Shown here: positions 22,056 to 32,000 of the stretch, piece after piece | Layout of the letters: each line of letters begins with the position of its first letter | Numbering within the stretch: the stretch's first letter is position 1 | NCBI GenBank assembly: GCA_963847625.1 | Contig: CAWKAR010000028.1 | Span: 108,834 to 172,833 of the forward strand | DNA length: 64,000 nucleotides | Direction: 5' to 3' | Source of the DNA: a candidate division FCPU426 bacterium | GTDB lineage: Bacteria; Oederibacteriota; Muellerivitia; Muellerivitales; Muellerivitaceae | Position numbers and translations under genes: made by a program | The notes under the pieces: generated by a model | Told to the model about the DNA's origin: nothing | The model's input: only the letters and a program-made list of their open reading frames with translations | The model's database searches: none

Positions 22056-22237
22056 GAGTCCGTCCAGGGTGAGCCAGATATGGTTAATTTTCCCACGATT
22101 TGGCTATTAGGGATGTCTCTTTCCACACCCTCTAGACGGAAAAAGGGCCGATTTAATCCAAAAACAATGCAAAAAAATGAAGCTAAAAAAGCCGGTTTTA
22201 TTGGCTTTTCGGGAGTATACGCAAGTTGAATTTCCGC

Positions 22238-22333
22238 TCTGCGGAGAACGAGGACTTTCAAGATCTTTACCGTCGTGGTTCCCTCCACAACCGCCTTCAC
22301 CCGGAGGTAATAAAGCCCGTCGGCCATAGGAAT
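22238..22333 (-). pseudogene. Orphan tail of a class-B CTD
   Basis: [31 protein letters not shown] followed by AGA instead of TGA. Nearly identical to the last 31 aa of the 29012 gene. Confidence 0.8.
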
Positions 22334-22382
22334 TGAAATAAACCAGCAGGCATGGCCAGCTTGCATATAAAAGAAAACAAGC

Positions 22383-25300
22383 CTACTTCAGAAGAAGGAC
22401 CCTTTTAACTTTCCGGCTATATGGTTCGACGAGGTATAAAACATAGACCCCACTGGCGCAGGGGTCCCCGAATTTGTTCTTCCCGTCCCATTGGTAAGAA
22501 GCAGCGATCGGGCCATCCAAATACTGCTCATCCAGGCCCTTGATGTGTTCTCCGGCCGAATTATAAATCCCCAGGGAATAATTACCAGGATACCGATCGT
22601 ATTCCACGAATATGGAAACCGGGTCCGAGGAACTGAAGACATTTTTGGATACGTAAAAGATGTCGGTGTAAACAGGGATCGGGGTGGGCGTACAGGTATT
22701 GCCGGGATACCCGCAAGGCGTGTCCGTGACAGTTGGGGATGGAGTTGAAGTAGGCGTTGGGGTAATAGTGGGAGTATTCGTGATCGTAAAGGTATCCGTA
22801 ATGGTGGGAGTGGAAGTAGGGGTGCGGGTTAGGGTGGGGGTCCAAGTGTTCGTGGGTGTGCGGGAGGGCGTGGAAGTTGGACTCAGGGTGAAAGTCTTGG
22901 TAATGGTCAGAGTGGGCGTTACCGTGGGAGTAAGCGTGACGGTCGGGGTGTTGGTGGGAGTGGCCAACACGATGCTAATGGCGGCCCCGTTGACCGTTGT
23001 CGGGGTGAACAGCACCGGCTGGCCGTTGTTGCCCGTCTCACCCGTGATGCTGAATTGGTAGCTCCCAACCGTGGCGGTGTCCGAGAAATTCGCCTGCACC
23101 TGATAGGTCACCGACCCGTTGTTCGCCGGGATCGTGTCGTTGAAATTAATGGTCGTGGCCGATCCGGTGACGGCCACCGTCGTGACCGGAACACCGTTCT
23201 TCAAGAGCGTGATCGAGGTGACCCCGGATGCCGGCGCGCCCGATTCCGTCACGGTCAGGCTCGTCAGGCTCACCGGGTTGGTCCCCGGGTTTGTCAACAC
23301 GATCTGATCCACCGGCACCCCCGAAGTACCCTGCAATTGGGTCCCGTTGGCCGGGGGATTGGTCCCCGCCGAGACCTGGACCGTCACCTGCGTCGGGGTA
23401 AAGGTGGGAGTGGCCCCGCCGGGAGTCGGGGTAATGGTGGGAGTGGCGGTGTTGGTGGGAGGAGGAGTGCTGGTATTAGTGGCGGTGATGGTGGGAGTGC
23501 CCGGAATGACCGTAATCACGGCCCCACATAGGGGCAATGGGGCGAAGAGGGCGGGTTGCCCGTTCGATCCCGACGCGCCGGTCAGGCAGGTTTGGTAGGT
23601 TCCCGTAATAGCGCTATTCGAGAAGTTTGCCTCCACCGTGTAGGTCGCCGCCCCGCTGTTCGCCGGGATCAGGTCAGTGAAGCTGAAGACGGCCGTGGAC
23701 CCGGTAAAGATGGCGGTGCCGATCACCGTACCGTTCTTCAAAAGGGACACCGAGGTGATTCCCGTGGCGAAATTCCCCGACCCGGCCGCGGTAAGGGTAA
23801 GGCTGGTCATCGTGACCACGCTGCTGCCCGGGTTGGTCAGCTGGATTTGCTGGATCGTGACGCCGGCCGTCCCCGGGTATTGAACGCTGCTCCCCGGGGG
23901 GTTGGTCCCCGCCGAGACCTGCACCGTCACCTGCGTCGGGGTGGGGGTAGAGGTAGGCCCACCGGGAGTCGGGGTAATGGTGGGTGTGCGCGTCAGAGTG
24001 GGTGTTGATGTGGCCGTTTGGGTCGGGGTCCCTGTCGGCGTATTTGTCCGGGTCGGAGTGTTCGCGGGGGTGTTTGTCATCGTAGGCGTATTCGTTGCCG
24101 TGGGCGTCGGTGTTCGCGTGGGCGTGGGTGTATTCGTGGACCCGCCCGGAGTAAGGGTACAAAAATTATAGGAGGCAAACTTCATCACGAAGGCGTCGTC
24201 CCCGCCCCCCCCATAGAGCACCTGGTACACCCCGCTGGTCGCGGGGAAGGTTCCGGACGTTTGACCCGTGATATAAACCGCCCCGGCCGGGTCCAAAGCG
24301 ATGCCATTGCCGTAATCGTCCACAGCATTGGAGTTAAGGTAAGTCGAATAGAGCAGATCGCTCGCTCCGCCGCCCGCCGGGCGAACCACGGAGAAAAATG
24401 CGTTGATGTTGTCGGCGCTGCCCGTTGTCAGGTAGGCCCCGCTCGTGGTGGGGAATCCCGGCTGCCAGTTCCAACCGGTGATATAGGCGTTCCCGCATCC
24501 ATCCACCTCCAACGCGTTGCCACCGGATTGTTCGCAGGTCCCGTGCACGAAGGTCGAATAAAGCAGGTCGGCCCCTCCGCCGCCCGCCGGGTTTATCTTC
24601 ATCAGGATGCACGCGCCCGTCAACCCAACCACCGTTGTTTGGTAGGCCCCGGGGGTGATGGAAATGGGCGCGGAAGCCCATCCCGTGAGATATACGTCCC
24701 CGGCCGAATCCAACGCGACGGCATTGGCTTCATCTTGCATACCACCCAGGTAGGTCGAGTAAAGCAAGCTGGTTCCCGTAGGGTTTAATTTCACTAAAAA
24801 ACCATCTGGAAAAAAACAACCCGCAACGGGAGCGGTATTGAAGGCCCCGCCCGTGGTGGGGAATGCCCCGAAGGTATAGCCAGTGATATAAACATTATCG
24901 GCCGAATCCACGGCGATGCCAGTGGTGGACACGGCGGCGCTTCCGCCCACGTAGGTCGCCCAAAGCATGTCGCTCGCCCCGCCGCCCGCCGGTTTCAACT
25001 TGGCCACGACCGCGTTGGGATTCGCGCCCCCGTTGCTGTTGGGCTGATAGACCCCCCCGGTCGTCGGGTAACCCGTCCCGTAAGTTCCGGCGATATACAT
25101 GTTCCCCGCCGAATCAATCGTAAGGTTTCCACCGGCCGTCAGGTAGGTCCCATAAAGCACCCCGTTCCCAGCGGGGTTCAGTTTCATGGCAAAACCCAGT
25201 CCATTATTGGTATTGTAGGCCCCCGTAGAGGTGGGAACTTGGCCCCACCAATCGTACCCCGATATAAAAGCGTCCCCCGCCGAGTCCACCGCGATGGAAT

Positions 25301-26378
25301 TGCCGGGATATAAATAAGTGCCGGTATTCCCGATGATATAAGTCGAATAGACGAGCGCGCTTCCCGAGGGATTCACTTTCGTCACGAAGACATCCATATA
25401 GCCGTCACCGGCCGTATTAAGGGCCCCCGGCGTTGCTGGAAATGTTCCAGGATAAGCGCCGGTGGTATTTCCCCCCACGTAAGCGTTTCCGGAGGGATCC
25501 ACCGCGATCGCCGTGCCCAGGTCGGCCCCTGTTCCGCCCAGGTAGGTGGAATAGTCCAACGCCGGGTCGATCACCAGCGGAAGGGATTTGTCGTAGGCCC
25601 CCGCTTGGAAACCGATCCGCCGGTCGCCTTCCAAAAGGTACCGGCCCGCCACCGGCTTCCTTTCCCCTCCCGCCATTTGGTACATCACCGGCGGTTTGAA
25701 GGCCACTTCCCCCGCTTCCATTTGGAAAATCAACTGACCCAGCTCATCCACAAATACTTTCCGGCAGCCCGTTGAATCCAGGTTGATCAGGCTGGGGTCC
25801 GACCCCGGTTTCACCACGAAGTCATATTCAAGATTCCGATGATTGCCGTAATAGACCATATCGATGCCCGGGTAGACTTCCCTCATCCTTACCTTGGCGT
25901 AATGTGAAATACCGGTAAACCAACGGGCCCGGTCCTTCCCGATGAAATAATTGCTTTTGCCGCCGGTCTTATCCAAACCCTCCAAAACGGCTTTTCGGTT
26001 CCCTCCCGCAAGACGCAACCGCAACACATCCGGGGAAGAAGTTAGGAGTGAGGAGTTAGGAGTTAGAAGTTTGGATGGATTAGAACCACCGCGTTTCAGG
26101 ACGAAGACAGCTTCGGCGGGAGTCAGGTAGAGGGAGTAACCGCTTCCCCTGGACAAGAACCGCACCTGGGGATCGGCCTGACCTCGGTTGATCTCAAAAG
26201 CCAGCGGGATCCTGCCGTAAGATTTGGTGATTCGAAACTTATCAGCAGTGGAAACCGGCGGAATTCCGGCAGGAAAAGAATTTTTAACCCTTAGATTTGA
26301 ATCCGTATTCATGGCGCTCAGGAAAAATAAGGCCGCGCCCATGACTGGAAAACTCAAAATATTTTTATAACAATTCAT
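22383..26378 (-). CDS. SBBP-repeat surface protein with two Ig-like repeats, PT linkers and class-A CTD
   Basis: SBBP N-domain and repeats, two VTVQVSAGTNPP domains, ending [10 protein letters not shown]...[16 protein letters not shown]...KRVLLLK. Confidence 0.9.
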   Translation of the reverse strand: MNCYKNILSFPVMGAALFFLSAMNTDSNLRVKNSFPAGIPPVSTADKFRITKSYGRIPLAFEINRGQADPQVRFLSRGSGYSLYLTPAEAVFVLKRGGSNPSKLLTPNSSLLTSSPDVLRLRLAGGNRKAVLEGLDKTGGKSNYFIGKDRARWFTGISHYAKVRMREVYPGIDMVYYGNHRNLEYDFVVKPGSDPSLINLDSTGCRKVFVDELGQLIFQMEAGEVAFKPPVMYQMAGGERKPVAGRYLLEGDRRIGFQAGAYDKSLPLVIDPALDYSTYLGGTGADLGTAIAVDPSGNAYVGGNTTGAYPGTFPATPGALNTAGDGYMDVFVTKVNPSGSALVYSTYIIGNTGTYLYPGNSIAVDSAGDAFISGYDWWGQVPTSTGAYNTNNGLGFAMKLNPAGNGVLYGTYLTAGGNLTIDSAGNMYIAGTYGTGYPTTGGVYQPNSNGGANPNAVVAKLKPAGGGASDMLWATYVGGSAAVSTTGIAVDSADNVYITGYTFGAFPTTGGAFNTAPVAGCFFPDGFLVKLNPTGTSLLYSTYLGGMQDEANAVALDSAGDVYLTGWASAPISITPGAYQTTVVGLTGACILMKINPAGGGGADLLYSTFVHGTCEQSGGNALEVDGCGNAYITGWNWQPGFPTTSGAYLTTGSADNINAFFSVVRPAGGGASDLLYSTYLNSNAVDDYGNGIALDPAGAVYITGQTSGTFPATSGVYQVLYGGGGDDAFVMKFASYNFCTLTPGGSTNTPTPTRTPTPTATNTPTMTNTPANTPTRTNTPTGTPTQTATSTPTLTRTPTITPTPGGPTSTPTPTQVTVQVSAGTNPPGSSVQYPGTAGVTIQQIQLTNPGSSVVTMTSLTLTAAGSGNFATGITSVSLLKNGTVIGTAIFTGSTAVFSFTDLIPANSGAATYTVEANFSNSAITGTYQTCLTGASGSNGQPALFAPLPLCGAVITVIPGTPTITATNTSTPPPTNTATPTITPTPGGATPTFTPTQVTVQVSAGTNPPANGTQLQGTSGVPVDQIVLTNPGTNPVSLTSLTVTESGAPASGVTSITLLKNGVPVTTVAVTGSATTINFNDTIPANNGSVTYQVQANFSDTATVGSYQFSITGETGNNGQPVLFTPTTVNGAAISIVLATPTNTPTVTLTPTVTPTLTITKTFTLSPTSTPSRTPTNTWTPTLTRTPTSTPTITDTFTITNTPTITPTPTSTPSPTVTDTPCGYPGNTCTPTPIPVYTDIFYVSKNVFSSSDPVSIFVEYDRYPGNYSLGIYNSAGEHIKGLDEQYLDGPIAASYQWDGKNKFGDPCASGVYVLYLVEPYSRKVKRVLLLK

Positions 26379-26670
26379 ATCTTATATTCCCAAAGCTCTT
26401 CAGAAAGATTTTTAATTGTTAATATTATTTTAACAACCGGTTAACCAGGAACCATGGCATTGATTATACCGCTAATCAGGGCTAAGGGATGGCCCTCGCG
26501 CCCCTAAAAACAGGAGTGTTGTTCAACAAAAAAACGGCATATCTTGATCCCTGTCCTCCCCATCCCAATACCTTTCCAGCCATCCAGGGTTGAGTGAAAT
26601 GAGCCCCTGAGAGGATTTTTAAAATTTCAGATTTGTATTTGAAAATAAATCTAAAACATTTTTCCGGGTC

Positions 26671-28710
26671 TTATTTAGGTTTTGTCCGTTGGGCAAGGAT
26701 CCGGGCCTTCGTAAAACATGCGGCCGCCCGGTCCTTCTTCCCCGCCTGGAGATAGGCCCGCCCCAACTGCCGGTAAAATTCCGGCGTCTGGGGCGCAAAA
26801 CTTTCCGCGTTTCCCAGCGCCTCCAGGGCCTTGGCCCGGTCGCCTTTCAGCCAATAGGTCTTCGCCAATTGGGCCCATAGATCGGGGTTGTTGGGATCCA
26901 ACTGAAGGCCCCTTCCGTAACAGGCGAAGGCTTCTTGATACCTTGCCCCGGACCCATAGGCGGACGCCAGCTGGATGATGCATTCCACGTTATCGGGTTT
27001 TAAGGCAAGCGCCGACTTGAAGGCCCGGACGGCTTTTCCCCATTGATTCAGGCTTTGGTAAAAAACGCCCAGGTCCCGGTAGGCCGCGAAGCATTGGGGG
27101 TCGGCCTTGATCGCCTTTTCCAGTTCACCCTGGTTCTCTTTCGTCATTCCCTTATGGCGGTAGGCGATGGCCAGGTTCAGGTGGGTATAGGGGTCCTGGG
27201 GGTTCAAAAGAAGGGCCTCCTGAAACTCCCGGATGGCCTCGTCATCGCGGTTGAGGTCGAGGAGTATCGACCCGGTGTTGAAATGGGCCGTGGGGTCCTG
27301 GGGTGTGAGCGACTCCGCCTTTTGCGATTCCACCAGCGCGTCGCCGTACCTCCCCTCGTCCCTGTAAGCCTGGTCCAGGAAGGTGTGGAATATGGGGTAA
27401 GCATCCGGGCAGGACCGGGTGATGTCCTCGAAAAAAGGGATATCGTCATGCCAGATCGCCAGTTGGCGGAAGGTTAAAAAACCCAATCCCGCCGCCAACG
27501 TCAGGCCCAAGGCCAAAACCACCGCCCGGTTCCTAAAAATGAGAACCGACAGCCCTGCGCCAGCCAGGAGAAAAGGCCCCAGGCTGGCCAGGTAGGCGTA
27601 GTGGTCCGCCGCGGCCTGGCCCCCCGTCTGCACAAGCCCCAGCACCGGCCCCAGGGTGAGGACGTAATAAGCCCAAGCGGCGGCTAACCAAGGACGGCGT
27701 TTGCGCCATAGAAAACAAAGGGCGCTGACGGCAAGTGCCAAAATAAGCGAAGCCAGATTGCCCGTGGAGAAGACACGGCAGGCCCTATCGAAGGGGTAAA
27801 AAGGATGGAAACCCAGGGGCAGGATCATTTTCCACAGGTAAAAGATAAGGGAATGGAAGGCGTGCATGACCCGGTAACCCACAGGCAATACCTTGTTCAT
27901 TTCCAAGAACCTGGATTCGGCCTGGGCCAGGAGGGCCGTGACGATTCCAGCCAGGGAAATTAGAAAGAATGGGATTTTCTCCCCGACCATCCTCGGAAGG
28001 GTGCCGGCCCGGAGGCGTTGGAGGGGCCATAGATCCAGCAGAAGGAGAACGAAGGGAAGGCTGACCGCCATGGGTTTGGACATCAGGGAAAGCGCGAAAC
28101 AAACCAGGGCACCCCACAACGCCCAGCTTTTTTTCCCCGGGAAGGCCTTACTTGCCAGGTAAAGCCAAAGGCTTAACAGATAAAAGAACCCGCACAAAAG
28201 GTCTCTTTGCTCATTGGCCCAGGCCGTCGATTCCACATGCAGGGGATGGAGGCCAAACAGGATGGAGGTTAAAAAAGCCGCCGAAAGGGCCCAAGCCTGG
28301 GGTTGGTCCTTCGGGTCTTCCCCATCTTTTCCCGCGCGGCTCAAAAGCTTGAGGCTGAGGAAAAAAACCAGCAGGGTGTTCAGGCAGTGCAGGGCCAAGC
28401 TGTGCAAGTGATAGATCCAGGGGTGGAGCTGTCCCACGGCATAATCCAAGGCCAAGCTGATCCAAGTCAGGGGAATCCAGTTGCCTGCGTAGAAAGTGGT
28501 GAAACACCAGCGGAAGAAGTCACCGTTCATCACCCGGATCTTGGAGTTATCCAAAATAAATTGATAGTCGTCCAGGTTAAGGAACCCGTCTTTCAAGAGG
28601 GGCAGATATATAAGAAAAGTGCAGAAGGCCGGTATCAGGGCGGTCTTCCATATCAAGGCGGCATTGGAGGTTTTCAGGTTCTGCTCCGATCCCGTAACTG
28701 GCTGATGCAC
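26671..28710 (-). CDS. TMTC-like GT-C membrane glycosyltransferase with C-terminal TPRs
   Basis: First-loop LDD motif (FLNLDDYQFILDN), LHPLHVESTAW, LMSKPMA, ADHYAYL, many TM segments, then TPR repeats. Confidence 0.85.
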   Translation of the reverse strand: MHQPVTGSEQNLKTSNAALIWKTALIPAFCTFLIYLPLLKDGFLNLDDYQFILDNSKIRVMNGDFFRWCFTTFYAGNWIPLTWISLALDYAVGQLHPWIYHLHSLALHCLNTLLVFFLSLKLLSRAGKDGEDPKDQPQAWALSAAFLTSILFGLHPLHVESTAWANEQRDLLCGFFYLLSLWLYLASKAFPGKKSWALWGALVCFALSLMSKPMAVSLPFVLLLLDLWPLQRLRAGTLPRMVGEKIPFFLISLAGIVTALLAQAESRFLEMNKVLPVGYRVMHAFHSLIFYLWKMILPLGFHPFYPFDRACRVFSTGNLASLILALAVSALCFLWRKRRPWLAAAWAYYVLTLGPVLGLVQTGGQAAADHYAYLASLGPFLLAGAGLSVLIFRNRAVVLALGLTLAAGLGFLTFRQLAIWHDDIPFFEDITRSCPDAYPIFHTFLDQAYRDEGRYGDALVESQKAESLTPQDPTAHFNTGSILLDLNRDDEAIREFQEALLLNPQDPYTHLNLAIAYRHKGMTKENQGELEKAIKADPQCFAAYRDLGVFYQSLNQWGKAVRAFKSALALKPDNVECIIQLASAYGSGARYQEAFACYGRGLQLDPNNPDLWAQLAKTYWLKGDRAKALEALGNAESFAPQTPEFYRQLGRAYLQAGKKDRAAACFTKARILAQRTKPK

Positions 28711-29011
28711 GCGTTAGGGCGCTTATTTAGATTACCACTCCCAATGGGATGGTGTTATGGGTTTTCAGGGACAATAAAATCATGGTTTTTCATCCAATCT
28801 CCCTGACCAACGTTGTGCCGATCATCCTTAAAAATATATTAAGATCGGTACTATGCTGATTTCTTTATAAGCTTCATGGAAGATTAGCCTGTGCCGACTC
28901 TCTATAAAACAATTATGGAACCGGCACAACCAGGGATGTACCTCTTTAACAGTTTCAGTGATGGCAGCATGAGTAATTGGGGTTCTAAACTTTATCGGTT
29001 GGAAAAGAACG

Positions 29012-32000
29012 TCAGCGCAGAACGAGGACTTTCAGGATTTTCACCGACGTGGTTCCCCCCGCAACCGCCTTCACCCGGAGGTAATAAAGCCCGTCGGCGA
29101 CAGGGATGCCGTCCATATCCTTCAAATCCCATGAGAGGGTGCCGTTCCCGGAAACTTTCTGTGAAAACCCATCCACCTTGCGGAATGCCGTCGTGTAGAC
29201 GTCACAGGTGAAGGTGGTGCCCGTGGGGCCCTGGACGTTAATAGAAACAGGCCCACCCTGGTTGGGGTTGGGATAGGGCGGGCCGACCACCACGCCCGTT
29301 ACGGCCGGGGTCAAGGTAAGGGTCGGCGTGTAGGCGGAGAGGGCTGGGGTCCGAGTCAGTGTATTCGTGGGCGTGGCCGTCAGGGGTAGCGGCGCTACGA
29401 CGGTCCACATCGAGAAGTGGGTCGTGACCACCGTCAAGGTGTCATTCGCCGTGTTCAGTGCCGCGGAAACGGTCACCCAAGAGGAACTGGCGGTGTCGTA
29501 ATAAAGCACCTGCAATTGGCTGGCGGTCTTGCCCGCGGGGATCTGCGACGGATCGTAGGTAAACACGAGGGTGACGGGGGTGTTGAAAGTGGCCCCGGCG
29601 GAGGAGGTGAAAGTATAGACGTTCCCCAAAATCTCGAAGCTTGAAACCGGGGGGGCGGTGGAGGAGCTTGTTTCGGAGACCGTGATGGTCGCGGCGGTGG
29701 TGAGGTCCCCCGCCGGTATCTCCACGCCCGTCCCGTTGCTTACGGCCACGGTGGCCGGCGCCGAGGCATTGACGACCTGCGCGGCCACATCAATGGGTGT
29801 TGCTGTCGGCGTGAATGTGCTAGTGACGGTGCCGGGGTCACTCGTGATGGTCGGGGTTGGTGTATTCGTATTTGTTTGGGTGATGCTTGGATCAATTGTG
29901 GGGATGAGCGTGTTCGTTAACGTGAATGTGGGTGTCCACGTGAATATACCACTAGTAACAGTAGGTGTGTTAGTCGAAGTGGGAGTTGGCGTAATAGTAT
30001 TTATCGGAGTGTCGGTGAAAGTCCATGTAGGAACCCCCGTCGGCCAGGGTGTGGGAGTAGATGTGCACGTGGGCGTGTTAGTTATAGTCGGTGTATTCAT
30101 CGGCGCACAGGGCGTTAAGGTTGGTTGCGGATAAAACGGGCAGGGTGAAATTTTCACAACCAGGTTCGTGTCAGAGGCGGCCGTGTAAAGTGCTCCCGTC
30201 TCGTCCAACGCCACCCCGAAAGCCCCGTACATTTGCGTCAGGGCGCAGGACCCCGTCTGGCTCCAAGTCGCGCCATTGTTGGTGAATATCAGGTAACCGT
30301 TGTTCTCGTAATTGGTCACGTAAATGTTCCCCGCCCCGTCCCGGGCCATTCCGTAGGGCGTCGACATGGAAGCCACGATGTTCGAGGCCATGGTATAGGA
30401 GTAGCTGTTCACCCCTGTCTCCGTGAAAAGCACGATCCGGTTGTTCACGGTGTCCGCCACGTATAAATTCAACCCCACCTTCAAGGCCCCGCTGGGCGCG
30501 TTCAGGCCCCCCAGAGTCCCCGAACCCGTCAAGGTGGTTTTCAAGTTGCCGTTGTTATCCAGTTCGAAAATCGATCCGTCATCCGAGTAAGTGTAAACAT
30601 TCCCCAGGTTGTCCACGTTTATTCCCCTCAGGGCTTCCGTTAGGTCAACCGAGGTCCAAAGGACGTTCCCGTTCGCGTCCAGTTTGGAGACGGTTTCATC
30701 GTCCCTCCTAGCTACGTACACCCCGTCGTAAGCGCAAGTCCCCACCGCCACACTGAAAGCATCCTCCACTAGGTAGGTGGTCACCGGAGCGCCCGTGTAA
30801 TCCAGCACCATCAGGGTATCCGCGTAATCATCCGGCACGTACACGCGCCCGCGCGAGGTATCTACTGCCACTCCGGCCGCTCCGCTTCCGTCGGCAAAAG
30901 AGGGCGAAGTCCACGGACTGGCCAGCTGGCAGCAGCCTGGCAGAAACGTTTCGGTTGGACTCGGAGTGATCGTTGGAGTTGATGAATCAGTTGAAGTCGG
31001 GGTGATGGTTGGAGTACTCGTAATGGTAGCGATTGGAGTGTCAGTGGTGGTCGGTGTGTCGGTCAGGGTCGGTGTATTGGTTGGAGTTGAGGTAATCGTC
31101 GGTGTATTTGTTATCGTCGGAGTCAAAGTAATAGTCGAAGTTAGTGTTATTGTCGGGGTATCGGTGAAAGTCCAAGTGGGTACGCCTGTCGGCCAGGGCG
31201 TAAATGTAGGGGTATAAAAGCCGGTCACGTCAAACTTGGTAATAAAAGCGTCCCAAAAACCACCAAAAACAGTCTGATCGGCCCCACTGGTCGCAGGAAA
31301 GTCCGCTTGGGTATATCCTGCGACATAAACGTTCCCCGAACTATCCAATGCGATGCCTTGCCCATTAACCCCCTCATTTCCGCCTAAATAGGTTGAATAA
31401 ACTAGGGCGATTCCCAAGACATTCAGCTTCACTACAAAAGCATTCCCACTACCCCCATAAACCGTCTGATAGGCCCCACTGGTCGCGGGAAAATTCGCTG
31501 AAGAAGTAGATCCCGTTACATATGCGTTACCAAATCCATCCACCGCGATGCCTTGGCCGGAATCCTCCACGTTCCCGCCCAGATAGGTCGAATAAAGAAG
31601 TGTGCTACCTGTGGCATTTAGCTTTGTCACAAAAGCGGTCTCAGAACCGCCGCCATAAACCGTCTGATAGGCCCCGCTGGTCGTGGGAAAATCCGTTGAA
31701 GTCGTATATCCCGTCACATAAGCGTTCCCCGATCCATCCACCGCAATGCCGTTTCCTTGATCAGCCCCACTACCGCCAAGATAAGTCGAATAGACCAAAT
31801 CGCTAGCCCCGCCACCAGCCGGATTCAGCTTCGCTACAAACGCATCATATGGATAAACACTAGTGCCGCCGCTGTAAGCAGTTTGAAAGGCCCCACTGGT
31901 TGTTGGAAAATCTCCTAAGTTATAACCCGTCACATAAATGTTTCCCGACCCATCCAACGCAATCGCATTTCCTTGGTCATACCCGCCCAGGAAGGTTGAA

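Noticed and set aside
22052..22366. 104-aa ORF, and the related 33484..33684 ORF, as real genes
   Set aside because: They are a chimera of an orphan CTD tail and the conserved non-coding leader.
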